The notes below the pieces were generated by a model. The model did not search any database. It worked only from the letters and a program-made list of their open reading frames with translations, and was not told where the DNA came from. A program made the translations under genes and the position numbers. Shown here piece after piece: positions 36,481 through 48,899 of a DNA stretch of 64,000 nt. Every line of letters begins with the position of its first letter. Position 1 is the first letter of the stretch. Origin of the DNA: Anthoceros angustus (taxonomy: Eukaryota > Plantae > Anthocerotophyta); NCBI GenBank assembly GCA_010909165.1, contig MU008185.1, positions 124,001-188,000 on the forward strand, read 5' to 3'.

Positions 36481-38629
36481 GCAGACCAGGGTGATACAAC
36501 CATCATCCGCGCTATACAGTTCACAATCTGTGACAGCAACGTGAGAAATGTGCTAGTCTGCGCTACGCTGGAATACCACACTTGCAACTGCGGATACACG
36601 CTCCCTTGAGAAGAACTAGCTCCGAAACACCGTAATTGCAGTTTCCATATTCCAGCGGGTCGAGGCAGACAATATAGTCAACATACCCATACAAAACAGA
36701 CATAACCATGAACTTCGTAACGGGGAGTAACGAAATCCCACACAGGATTACAGCACGAAAGAACAATGTCGGCATATACAGCCGATTAGTCCCTGATCCA
36801 GTCGTCACTCATCCACGCCGCTTAGAATAAACATGCACTTGACGCAGCTAAACATTTTCCCATCTTCCAGCTCCAACGTGTACCACCTTCGAACACTCCG
36901 CGAAGTTCACAAACCTCAGCACCCTGCCCAACAGCACGTCAGAATCATCAAACTTCGGGAACAAACACATCCAAGCAACAAAACTCAAGCAAGCACGTCT
37001 TACCTTGACTTCTTCAATCCCGTCCAAACCTCCAACCACCAGGCCTGAACACCTCGAACCTATCTATCCTAGACCACTGCTCTGGAAGCTATACAGAGAA
37101 TACCTAGAGTCCGCACCACCTTTAGGTGGTATATAAATGAAATGAATAAAATAAATAAATATAGGCACAGAGGCAGACGAGAATGCAGGGGCGTGAACTA
37201 ATGAGTTCAGAAGCGAGAGAGGAGGCAAGATCTGCATGCGAGGTTACACCAGAATCCTGAGGAGGGAGGCGCAGGAGTGAGAGAGGACCTCATCGTATGA
37301 TCTCGACCTAGGACGACTGGGGAGTAATCACGAGAACAGCTGTGCAGTCGATTCGTCCAGACCTTCGTGTCGCAAACCGGTACCAAGCTTCGGTTAGGGC
37401 ATGAGAACGTTCCAGCTGCTCTGTATGCTACAACAATTGCGCCATCCACTCCACTCCGGAACATAGCACCACCTGACACAGACGACACCCAGACACCCGC
37501 ACCAAGAGGGGGAGAAAATCCCCCTCCACACACACAAACCCCCTTTTTTATTCACGATAGGATCCGCCCCGTAAGCGCACCCATAAGGGCAGGATCCACA
37601 GCAATAAACAAGCCAGGCATTATTCCCTTTCACCGTGGCTTGCTGGTTTGAACATCAAGACAAGATTACATCTAGACAGCAAATAAGCACAGAAACCTAA
37701 ACTACCAGACAAGCAAGCACAGGGTTAAGAAATCTGACGCTGCTGGAAATCTAAAACCTACTGCAACTTGAAAAATCATGAAACTCAAAGCAATCCTAGA
37801 CATGCAATAGGCACACAAATACTCTTCTGAGACGGGAAGAATCCAGAGGGCTGGGTCTGAAAGCCGTCGCGCCATCCTCGCCGCCGAAGAGAGCCAGGTC
37901 ACACCACCACTCGATGATACTCAGGACGAAGCGCTCATCATAGGCCGTGGTCACCAGAAGCACATCCTCGTTGCCGCCGCCATAGAGCAGTTTGGATCGG
38001 ATCTGCCTCCGTAGTTGCAGCACAAGCGGCATGCACCGACAAGCACTCCTCCGATGGCCGGCCCCTCCAACTCCAAGAAAGCCTGGCCGTAACCGCCGCT
38101 TCCGCACCCTGACAAAAAGGCAGCGGCCGGCTATGCCGTGAGACGAGTTTCAACGGGAGCGCCGGCGCCATGGGTCCGCTAGGGCGCTCGTCCAAGGGCC
38201 TCGCCGGAAGAGCAACCCGTGGCGAGGGAGGAACCCTGACCGCCAGCGCCATAGCTCCCGCTGCCAGCTTTCCCGTCTGCTAACCCTCACGGCAACTTAA
38301 AAAGGCCCGTGTGAGCGGCTTCCAGCTGGGAGAAGCGTGTAAGGGAGCATCTCGGAAAGCACGTCACGCCACCGCCACCCACGCGTCCCGAGCTGTGCTA
38401 CGCGCAAATTGTTTTAAACCACAGCTTGGGGCAGGACGCACATATATAGGAGTGTACAGTGGCGCACTAGGTTAGAAACTGTACCGAGGTAGGTAGAATT
38501 CGACCATCTATAACTGCCGAGAAAGTAACAGCTACTTACGAAAGTGATTAAACCCCTGGATAGAAATTTTATTTTCAGCAAGCTAACGTAGAGAGAGAGG
38601 CAATTCGACCCGCGGATGACGGCGAAAAT

Positions 38630-38987
38630 TGAGTTCTCCATAATGGGCGTTTAAAATTATGGACTATGTAAATGAACTTCTTAAATCAAGACACCCCCAT
38701 GGACCTCCTTCGACTCATATGGGTTCATTGGAACTTCACACTCAAAGAATAACCCTAAACCCTAAGCTTTCCCTTGGACCGCCTCGCGCTGGACCCGAGG
38801 GACAAGGCTGAGTTCTCCATAATGGGCGTTTAAAATTATGGACTATGTAAATGAACTTCTTAAATCAAGACACCCCATGGACCTCCTTCGACTCATATGG
38901 GTTCATTGGAACTTCACACTCAAGGAATAACCCTAAACCCTAAGCTTTCCCTTGGACCGCCTCGCGCTGGACCCGAGGGACGAGGCT
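38630..38987. repeat. ~179-bp near-perfect tandem duplication spanning the 5' junction of a CRE element
   Basis: tgagttctccataatgggcg...ggacccgagggac at 38630 and at 38809. Confidence 0.92.
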
Positions 38988-39592
38988 GCCTGGGCCTTGT
39001 TCCTATTTCTCCCTCGGTGGTATCTTCGTCGCTTCCGTGGCGGTTTTTCCAGGCATCAGGAGGTCGCCTTCCACCTTTGTCGTTATCGGTCGGCAGATTG
39101 GGAGCTTTGCAGGAGGAGGCCGATCACGCCGCGAGATCTAGGTTGGATTCTGTGAAGGTGGATCAGTGCAGCGCCTAGACCCTGCAAAGGCGCGTCTCAA
39201 ACGATGCCTCCTACTGCATCGCGGTGGGGAGTATGCTAGGCCAGCTCAGGCTCTTTGCCCAGAGCTGGTGGCAGCAGCCTCCGAGGAGACAATTGCTGCT
39301 CTTCGTGCCCTTCATCTGGGCCCAAGGAGCTCCACTTCGCAAGATATTCGGGACTTCGTCCGGAGAACTCTCATCTTGTGAGGACCATCTTGACCAGCCT
39401 TACCCTTTGTCCGTATCTCTCTTGAATTGGTTTCTCTAGAATGGCCTATGACCACCTTCGGGACCATTTTACTCCTGAGGATCCTTCTAGCGGTTTTTCC
39501 AAGCTGTTTCTTCTGGCTACCGTTGTGGCGAGAGGGGAGACCCCTCCTCGGATCTCTCAAGTGTTGGGTGCAAGTAGGTTGCTGGCGATGGA
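38950..39592 (+). mobile_element. CRE-clade non-LTR retrotransposon fragment (region N-terminal to RT)
   Basis: AAWALFLFLPRWYLRRFRGG...RSADWEL, RLKRCLLLHRGGEYARPAQAL...EETIAALRALH, and LGASRLLAM. Confidence 0.75.
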
Positions 39593-39607
39593 ACTTATGG
39601 GTCATTC

Positions 39608-40170
39608 CAGGTTGAATAACTCCCACTCAACCCTCCATATTACAATCTGCAGCTGTGAGTGCCCTAGGGGTACTCCATGCTAAAAACTCCAGTGCGGGAC
39701 TCCAAGCTAAAAAGGTTGAATAACTTCCACTCATCCCTCCATATTACAATCTGCAATTGTTAGTGCCCTAGGGTTACTCCAAGCTAAAAACTCCCAATGC
39801 GGGACTCCAAGCTAAAAACTCCCAATGCGAGACTGCAGGCTAAAAACTCCCAGTGCTCAATGATATCTATATAAAGTCTTCGAATTGTCTAAAAAAATTA
39901 TGGATCTTCTATAATCTATTAAATAGAAAATTTAAGCAAATCTAATTTACTTCAAGTTTTACGTAGAAGATAAATTATTATAATTAAAAATCAATGAAGC
40001 CATCTTAAAGCGTAGAAATCTATTACCTATCAATTTTCAGATAAATTATTTTTTAAGGGACTTCAACTACAATCCATTAAAAATCAATGAAACCATCTTA
40101 AAGCGTGGAAATCCATTACCTATCAATTTTCAGATAAATTATTTTTTAAGGGACTTTAACTACAATCCAT
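39608..40170. repeat. Cluster of short tandem duplications (~105 bp, 30 bp, 93 bp)
   Basis: aggttgaataact... x2, gactccaagctaaaaactcccaatgc x3, ttaaaaatcaatgaa...actacaatccat x2. Confidence 0.8.
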
Positions 40171-41199
40171 CAACTTTTAAAAATAGTTTCCAAGTATTGT
40201 CGAGCTCTTCTACTTAAATGGTATATGTTGGTGCTTGTGGAAGCTTAAGGCAGGGGATAATTAGACTTGCTCCTCAAAGCATGTACTACTAGCAAGGGCT
40301 TACATCGTCTAAGAAACAAATGGTTGAGAACTGTGGATTTGTTGTAGCTATGCATCCACCAGTATGTCAACTAGATGTATGCATCCGTTCCCTATGTGTG
40401 AGATCTGCGTCAAGAGGAACATGAGATCTAGGAATTGTCCAAATAAGTAAGTAATGAGCTTACTTGTCCTTGTGACATGTAAAGTAGATTGTGCTGCTCA
40501 ATCACTTGGTGATTTCTTAGTTAAGAATCTTTTTCTTTCTTTTTTCGTTAAGACTCTTTAGTATAAATAAAATATAGTAGATTGGTCAAGACATATTTCT
40601 TAGAACTAGGAAGTTTAGGGTTTGATCTCGGTTTACTCTAATAGTGAATCTAACGTTCGGCATTGATGGCACGATTGATAAAGTAATTTATACCTTAATA
40701 TAAAATAACATCATTAATATATATATATACATATTCCCTATATTTATTTACATATAATTATACACATATCCTATATTTTATCGTGGATATAAGTGCACAA
40801 TGTAAGGGCGCACATTTATTATCCTTGTAGGACTGGTTGAAATTAAAAAAAAAAATTCTTCAACCCATGAATAGCTATGGTCAAGTAAAAACATTGATAA
40901 AGCAACGGTGAAGTTATGAGGTGGGAAGAAAATGTGAGAGTTGCTGGTCCAGGTTACAGTGATGTTTGGTGTGGGCGACATACACAAATAGTTGTCAAGA
41001 GAGGGTGTAATGAAGAGGGCAAGGTGAAACATAAACAAATAGTTCACCAAAGGGGGTGTAATAAAGAGGGGAGGATGATAGGGGGGAGAGGGGGCTCCTT
41101 GTTACATCATGTTGCAATTGCGTGTGGGAAATCATAAACAATGCTTGTGAGAGAGGTGCAATTTGGAACTGTAACATAAAATTGCAACAATGACTATAA

Positions 41200-41930
41200 C
41201 ATAGGCTGCCCTTTCTAGTAGGGCCTTCACCTGATTTATTCTCAGGTCTTCCACCTTCTTCATTACCTTTTCCAAGTCCTCTCTCAGGCTTGCCACTTCC
41301 TTAGAGGGGGTCGTGTCCAGTGGAACCTCCCGGACCGGTGCCGACGCCACTACCTCCTTCTTGCCACCCTCCCATTTTACCGCTGCCTTCTTTTTCTTCT
41401 TCTTCCTTCGGTGGTCCTCCTCCTCACCGGAGGCCTCAGATTCTTCCTCAGACGAGTCCTCCTCTTCAGCCGACGAAGCCTCCGACTCCTCTTCCTCATC
41501 CTCACACGATTCTTCCTCCTTGGAATCCGACGCCCGTCATTTCTTCTTCTTCTTACCCCCCCGGGTGGACTTCTTCTTTCTCCGATGCAAGGATTCCTCA
41601 TAATTCTCGGCCGCCTTGACCGCCTTACCCACGTCATTTTCTGCTAAAAGCAATACGTGCTTTGCCATTGGTTTGGCTAGCTAGGCCGCAAACCACCGCA
41701 CCGCCTGCATAGTGGTGTGGGTGGGATGCCTATCTCTGAGGGCATAGAAGCGCTCGATATACGAATCCAACTTTTCCTTCTTACCCCGTTTCAGGTTTTC
41801 CAACTTGGATAGCACGTACCCCTCTTGATCGATTCCTCGGAACCGCTCCAGAAAGGCATTCTTTAGGGCCTTGAAGAGACAGGCGGCGCGTTCTCCGGAG
41901 GGTGGTACTTCCTTTGGTACCACTGTGCAG
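41200..41930 (-). mobile_element. Ty3/gypsy gag fragment with premature stops
   Basis: FKALKNAFLERFRG...KLENLKRGKKEKLDSYIERFYAL...VRWFAA*L, then an acidic/basic low-complexity tract and a coiled coil. Confidence 0.75.
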
Positions 41931-42024
41931 CCGTACCCCGGAGGACCCTCTGGAAAAGTTGGATGAGCTGTGCATCGGAGCCTTCCCAGTTGAAGTTAGC
42001 CCTGGACACAAAATCTGTTGAACA

Positions 42025-42212
42025 TGTAACATGCTAGGGTTAAATAATACTTAGTTATTTAGGGTTACTTATCCAAATTGTATATATATGTTTTTGTTCA
42101 TTCCTTGTAGTTAGTTGCCTTTTTTTCATTGCCTGACTACCTCAACCCTCTTGCATGCTTAGCGTACCTGGCTATCGATGCACGAGGGATTGCGTCATGG
42201 TATCAAAGCTTG
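42025..42212 (+). mobile_element. Short LTR (TG...CA) followed by tRNA-iMet primer binding site
   Basis: tgtaac...gattgcgtca ends at 42197 and is immediately followed by tggtatcaaagc (42198-42209). Confidence 0.7.
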
Positions 42213-42887
42213 ATGCCAGATATTGATCTTTGTGGGCTTTTTTGCCATGCCTTGTAAGAAGGAGTTTGCTGCATCATCATCTAGCGAGCTCGATTCATCC
42301 ACGAGTTTGTCGTGGAGTGCAGTGGATCTCTCCAATTCGTGACGGTCCTTGGAGCCAAGCATATCTTGACGAGTATGGGATCCAGCACCGTGCATATTGA
42401 CATAGGCAAGCCCAAGAACGAAGAAAATATCGTAATCAGCTAAGAGAGAGCAATTTAGAGCGTGTTTTTCAGACAACTCCAAAATCTCAAAATCGGCAAA
42501 TTCTTTATAAGAATTTATGGAATTCCAAATTACATGAGAAATCACATAATTTGGATTCAACAATTTTTTATGATGATGAGGATTTTTCTGACAAATCAAC
42601 TCGAGCTATTGTGGAATTGACTTCTGAGCGGATCGAAGTTCGCATTTCACAATTGCGTCTCGACAGGACCTCTTTTCTAGTGGCTCTACAAGATATGGAG
42701 AAACTGCTGCAACATAATATCAATCAGTTTAGTTTTGACATCGACCGAGGCATTCACTGTATTACTGAATTGCTGCATTCGATGGAGATTGCTCCAGTAT
42801 CCAAGCCTATAGTTTGCCCAAGGCATGCTGGCCCTGCTGATTCTGTGTCCTGACCAATTTTCCGCTACATGGTGGAGGGGCAGCGGT

Positions 42888-44852
42888 TAGGGTCCCTGCG
42901 TGCGCTCATCCGTAATTTCTGGTGTAATTCCTGGAGAGTTCAGCTATGAAGAGATGCCTTGTAGCAATTGATGAGCAGTTATGGTAGTTACCCAGCTTTC
43001 CCTATCACCAGATACACGAAACCCTAGTCAGTATTTCTATTAGTTAGGTTTCCACTCCTTAGATATCGTATTTTTCATTTTTAAGCACACTTGCTTACCT
43101 TTCCTTGGATCCCTATCTACACAATTCACAATGGCGCTAGTTCCTAGACCCCCACCTCCTCCTGGTTCCCCACAGCCATCATTCACAGCAGATATGAAGG
43201 AGCGTGATAGATTCAATGGCACCAAATTCGAAATATGGAAGGTGCGCATGAAGTCTACACTGGTTGCCCGGAGAGTCTGGCAAGTGGTGGACGGAACCAC
43301 TCCAGATCCTGGCCATGGTACTCCAGCCAATCCTGCAGTCTTCCTAAGATGTCAGAATGGACTAAGTCGAGAACTGTTGTTGTTCTGTGCCGAGGAACTT
43401 GTGGAAAGGGAGTCTCACGCTGCTTTGCAAGAGCACATACCTCACATATGGACAGCTCCTTAAAACATTTGGGTAAAGGCTCCCTATAGCAATCCTGCTT
43501 AGAAGATTCAATGAGTTTAGTTCTATTAGCATGGCCAAGGCGTGCGTGTCACGAGGCTACGATTGCGTAGGCATCAAGCTATCGAGTCGTTGAGAAAGCA
43601 CATCTCGTCATGTGCAGGATATCCAGACGATACAACTCAAAATCAAGGAAAGCCTTAAAACAACGTCTCTCAGCATAGGGGTTATTCTTCATTAAAGGGG
43701 TTTGGGTCTCTAAAGACCAAAAAATGACCCAGCAGGCCAAAATGCATCATCTTTAGCAAAACCACTCTTTAGACATGTCTTGAAACACATTGACCATGTT
43801 ATTTTCGTGAATACTTACGCTAAGGGGTTTAAGCCGAAGAAGGTTGGCAGTTTCACCTTCACAAGGAAGGATTTCAAGGATTTTTAACGGTGCTAGGGTC
43901 CTATGCGCTCATCCGTAATTTACGGTGTAATTCCTGGAGAGTTCAGCTTTGAAGAGATGCCTTGTAGCAATTGATGAGCAGTTATGGTAGTTACCCAGCT
44001 TTCCCTATCACCGGATACGAAACCCTAGTCGATTTCTATTAGTTAGGTTTCCACTCCTTAGATATCGTATTTTTCATTTTTAAGCACACTTGCTTACCTT
44101 TCCTTGGATCCCTATCTACACAATTCACAATGGCGCTGGTTCCTAGACCCCCACCTCCTCCACAGTTCCCCACCATCATTCACAGTGAGATATGAAGGGC
44201 GTGATAGATTCAATGGCACCAAATTCGAAATATGGAAGGTGCGCATGAAGTCTACTGGTTGCGAGAGTCGGCAAGTGGTGGACGGAACCACTCAGATCAC
44301 AGCCATGGTACTCCAATCTGCGTCTTCCTAAGATGTCGAATGGACTAAGTCGAGAATTGTTGTTACATGTAGAGGAACTTGTGGAAAGGGAGTCTCACGC
44401 TTTGCAAGAGCACATACCTCACATATGGACAGCTCCTTTGGGTAAAGGCTCCTATAGCAATCTGCTTAGAAGATTCAATGAGTTTAGTTCTATTAGCATG
44501 GCCAAGGCGTGCGTGTCACGGCCGATTGCGTAATTTATCAAGCTATCAAGAGTCGTTGAGAAAGCCTGCTCTCGTCATGTGCAGGATATCCAGACGATAC
44601 AACTCAAAATCAAGGAAAGCCTTAAAACAACGTCTCGGGGGTTATTCTTCATTAAAGGGTTTGGGTCTCTAAGACCAAAAAATGACCCAGCAGGCCAAAA
44701 TGCATCATCTTTAGCAAAACCACTCTTTAGACATGTCTTGAAAGACATTGACCATGTTATTTTCGTGAATACTTACGCTAGGGGTTTAAGCGAAGAAGGT
44801 TCATGATTTCACCTTCACAAGGAAGGATTTCAAGGATTTTTAACGGTGCTAG
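42888..44852 (+). mobile_element. ~1-kb tandem duplication containing a copia gag N-terminal fragment
   Basis: DRFNGTKFEIWKVRMKSTLVARRVWQVVDG at ~43205 and again at ~44205. The second unit differs mostly by small deletions. Confidence 0.8.
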
Positions 44853-46319
44853 GAATCCTAAACACCTCTTCGCAGCGATAGTACTTCCTAGCGGGGTGAG
44901 CAGTAGGCAAACCAAACAAAATTAGTCCAAGCCAGCTACTGGCAGAGCAACCAACATAAAAGTAGCAATTTCAAGCGAAAAACAGCTCGGACGTCCGGCG
45001 CAATTGTGAAGAACGATGGCAAATGGCTGATCACTGGCCATCTCGAGAGGACCAAACTACGACTCTAGAAAGTGGCGTTGGATACGGTGCCTTGCTTAAT
45101 TACAATACAGGATCTCCATCGTTAGAGTGAAAAACATAGGAAGGAATTGGAGTAATCATGGGACGTTCGGCACATTGGCGCGAGTCTACTAAAACTGCGG
45201 ACGTCCGGCGCATTTCTGAGACCCCAATCTGCGGGCGTCGGTGGATGGAAATGGTGGAGGGATGATGGACGTCCCGAATGTATATATATTGTTTGTATTC
45301 CTCTTGACATCCACTTGGGTAAGGTGGAATAGATACTGGCATAAGAACTCAAGGTTAAGCACGGGTCGGATCGATTACAGGATGGGGTGCTTGACTTTGG
45401 TGCGTGGAACTCTGTTTAACATTCTACAGGGTCGGATTAGTATTAGGATGGGTTGCTTGTTTTGGCGCTTTGAAAACTTTGTAACAACTCCTTTAAGCAA
45501 CCTAGAGGCGTATCAATACTAGGATGGAGTGTTGATTTTAGTGGTTTGAAAAATTTGTAAATCATCCGGTATCTAGGCGTAAAGTCATGAATATTATTTT
45601 TGAAAATCATTTGTTGGTTGATGTTATATTCCACATTCGCTTTGTATACAACATGTAAAACCTTTTGGCCTTACTCTATGTGCCCTTCCGATGACTTGCT
45701 TTGGATCTCTTTGATTGGTGCGCCAAATGTCCGCTCATTCGAGTTTGATGCACGATAGATGCATAGGCCTTGGTTTCTAGATGAGCTACATTTTCCAAAA
45801 TTCGACATCTATGATGGTGGTTTCTAATGGCCAACCTTTTGAAGACGACAATGTTTCACAATGTTTTGCAGAGAAGCAAGAAAATAAATAGAATAGATGA
45901 TTTGTTCTTCAGTAATGAAAGCATGTCGGATGCAGTCGAACACAAGTATAAGAGAGCATCTGCACAGCTGCGAGCCCTAGTGAGAGCCGGCAGTGTCTGA
46001 AGAAGAGGGTTGATCGGGGGTGGGGTTTTGACCAAATGGTGAGTATTTCAGGAGGCTCAAGGAGGACTGTCTATACCCACCGTGACGCCCACTACGGTGG
46101 CGTGACTAGGTGTTCGAGACGAACTATAGCCAAGCTTCGCCAGGAGACTTTGAATTTAAGATTTGACTTGCTCCATGTGCCACCCATGGATAGATTAAGG
46201 TTGAAAGCGGTATGGACTTGATAAGAAGAAATGTAAGCTCTGAAGAGTTTGATCAAGAACGGTTGAGGAGGCCTCACCATCCTTTACCTTGTCCAATTCT
46301 CGCCCGCGGGGCCTAATGC

Positions 46320-46545
46320 TGCAGCTTGGCACATCATGATATTCTGCAAGCAACTTCCTTCTCAACTCTTGAGAATCAGGAATCACAATCCTATTTTGCT
46401 TAAACATCAACAAGCCATCCATAAGCTTAAACTTAGATCCCGGTTGCTCTACTTCATTGATCCAGTCCTATATTAATGGATCTCGCAGATAAGCTTCCTT
46501 GATCTGCGTGTGAGTGTCCCTTGGCTCAATCACCATTTGTGTTGC
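46320..46545 (-). mobile_element. Ty3/gypsy pol fragment (start of integrase zinc-binding region)
   Basis: FKLMDGLLMFKQNRIVIPDSQELRRKLLAEYHDVPS. Confidence 0.75.
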
Positions 46546-46755
46546 AGCTTAGGTCTCTTCAACGTAAAACCAGTTAATAAATGTATACTTTGCTTGCGAC
46601 TCTCAGAGAGGGCAAAAGCACCTCTCATTTCATCTCAACATAATTGCAACATCCTTGCAACATGATTGCAACAAAAGCACTGGTCTGGTTTCCAAGTCAA
46701 AGTGTAACAAGGGGCCCAAAAAGTGTTACATAGCCCCAAAATTGCAACATGAGTG

Positions 46756-48225
46756 TTACATCCAGGGTCTGAATCTTAACATAAAGTGTAACATAAGCAA
46801 TGGCAGCATATCTGCATCTCTGTCTTCCTCATGCCCCCCAGACATTTCTTCCTCCGAATGCCCGAACACGTCTGGAATAGGGCCATCTTCCTCATCTGAG
46901 GGCCCAAGTTCACTTTCTGGGATCTGGGGCTCCGGACTCTCTGCCTCTTCTGCAATTCTTTGATGGGCTGCTCTCACCCTTCTCATTGAAAGCTCTCTCC
47001 TGTGATCCACAACTGTCTCTATAATCTTCCCGCAAATAGCCCTGATGAGGGCCATTCCGACTAACGGTGGCTGGAAAATAGAAAAAGCAAAAGTCACATC
47101 AGTCATCCAAGTCTCATGGTTTTGAAAAAGACAGTTTTTGTTCCAACTTACAGTGTGTTGGCGCATGCACTCGCGGAACTCTTTGACTAGTGAGCGAGGT
47201 GCACATTTCTTGGCATTGAACCCTCCGAGGCTGAGAACATAAGACCTGTAAATATCAGGGTCCTGGATCACTGCGTCAAACTCATATGGCCTGGTGGTGC
47301 AAAACAACGTAAACTCGGGCTCCCCCTCATTCATATCCATTGTTGCCCAGATTACCCATCCAGCTCTTGCTCTTTGATTGGGCAAAGCCCCCCTGTACCC
47401 CATTATCCAGAGTTTCAGCAAAGGCGTCCATGCTGCTGTTTCCTCTTCTGGATGCGGATCCTGGACGAGCATCCAATCCTTCTGCAAAATCAGAACAGGG
47501 TCAATCTGGCCACCCAGTCTGCGGATGTGCACGGTTTCCTCGTAGCTGAAAGGTGATGGAATTGGAGGTGGCCCCACATGCTTTGAACTTTTCGGTGCCT
47601 CCTTCCCCAGCCCTTGCAGGGCAGCAGCCTTTGTTCGGCTTGTCTTCCCTGAAGACATGCTCCCAGATTTTGTCTCCCCAGCCGATGCTTTATGCCCTCC
47701 CACACCTCCGGGATGTGCAGTCGCTCCCAGTTGCATGCACTCGGCCTTGTTGGTGGTGCCTCGAACTTCTTGCCCGGTTCTCCGCCTTGTTCCCGCTTTT
47801 TCTTGGCGGCGCCTGGGGTGCCACCGCCTCGCCAAGTCCTTCTTGCTCCGCCTCCGCTCGCCATCTTCAAACCAAGCATCAAAGACAAGGCGGGCGAAAG
47901 CCAACCGTCTGCAAGAGAAATGCGAGGAAGGTGTTACTCGATCACACTGAAGAGGCCGAACTTTTCGCAAAACCGCCGATGGATTGATGGCTTCACGCCT
48001 CGCAAAGCTCGCGACCGCCGCATCGCTGAATTTTCTCTCGCGTGGCGCGAAGGGAGCGTGGAATTCAAGCGCAATTGTGCTCCAACTCGCCGAGCAACAC
48101 ACTGTATGCTCTCGCCACTTTCTCGACTGGAAATCGCCCACAACGCCACACGCAAAATCGTGCAAGAGAGGGTTGTAATTAGGGTTCCTTGCCCCTGTGC
48201 ATTTATAGACCAAAACGCATTTCAA
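46756..48225 (-). CDS. Long uninterrupted ORF of unknown function (489 codons; true start probably internal), likely a TE accessory gene
   Basis: Open frame within otherwise decayed TE sequence. It has a globular-looking core (KLWIMGYRG...HETWMTDVTFAFSIFQPP) and an acidic tail. No family recognised. Confidence 0.5.
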   Translation of the reverse strand: MKCVLVYKCTGARNPNYNPLLHDFACGVVGDFQSRKWREHTVCCSASWSTIALEFHAPFAPRERKFSDAAVASFARREAINPSAVLRKVRPLQCDRVTPSSHFSCRRLAFARLVFDAWFEDGERRRSKKDLARRWHPRRRQEKAGTRRRTGQEVRGTTNKAECMQLGATAHPGGVGGHKASAGETKSGSMSSGKTSRTKAAALQGLGKEAPKSSKHVGPPPIPSPFSYEETVHIRRLGGQIDPVLILQKDWMLVQDPHPEEETAAWTPLLKLWIMGYRGALPNQRARAGWVIWATMDMNEGEPEFTLFCTTRPYEFDAVIQDPDIYRSYVLSLGGFNAKKCAPRSLVKEFRECMRQHTVSWNKNCLFQNHETWMTDVTFAFSIFQPPLVGMALIRAICGKIIETVVDHRRELSMRRVRAAHQRIAEEAESPEPQIPESELGPSDEEDGPIPDVFGHSEEEMSGGHEEDRDADMLPLLMLHFMLRFRPWM

Positions 48226-48899
48226 ATACCTCGTTACACCATATTTCGCTATGCCCTAATATAAACTCTGTCTATCCATAATCACGACTTGATTTGAGGC
48301 CGGGCACCATAATTGTCGACCATAAAAAGGCATGACGGCGCGATCCACCGTTGGATACCTCTCACTGATAGTCCATCATGATGTCGTAACGACAGAGAAA
48401 AATAATGTCCTTCCTATCTTTGCGATATGCCTTCTAAGGCAGACAACCGCCATTCGCATGCACCTTCCTTGACCATTCTCCTCGCTCCTGAAGGTCTCTT
48501 TCGGTGCGCCTTTCCGCCTGTCTGCCTCTCCCATGCCCACGGCGGGGGCGCTCTCAATCAAGGTTCTTCTGAACGACGAGGGCATACAATGTTGCGCCTC
48601 ACCCCGGAAGGAGAAGAGGTTTGAGTTCTTTCGTTCTGCACTGCAGTTTTCCTTTCCTTCGGCGGGTTTGTTTTAGGATTCTAAGTTTAGTTGTTTTTCG
48701 ATTCTGGGTTCATCGGCTATCAGGATCATCTTTGGGATCAACACATGCCTTCCCAATGTCCGCGTGCTTCACAGAAAACAAGAGAAGGGAAGAGGCTAGC
48801 TGTACAGGCCGCCACATCACCGACATCTGTCGCAACCCGTCGTGTGCATTTTGCCATTGCAGAAGACTGTAGAGATGATGAAGGTTAGATTTCTTCCCT

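Noticed and set aside
36500-38400. Possible LINE ORF1 or gene on the minus strand
   Set aside because: No motif I could identify; frames are interrupted.
38749-38945. aaccctaaaccctaa as an interstitial telomere or telomere-targeted insertion (similar motifs at ~55685 and ~62102)
   Set aside because: Only about two units; telo-box-like motifs are common in plant promoters and TEs.
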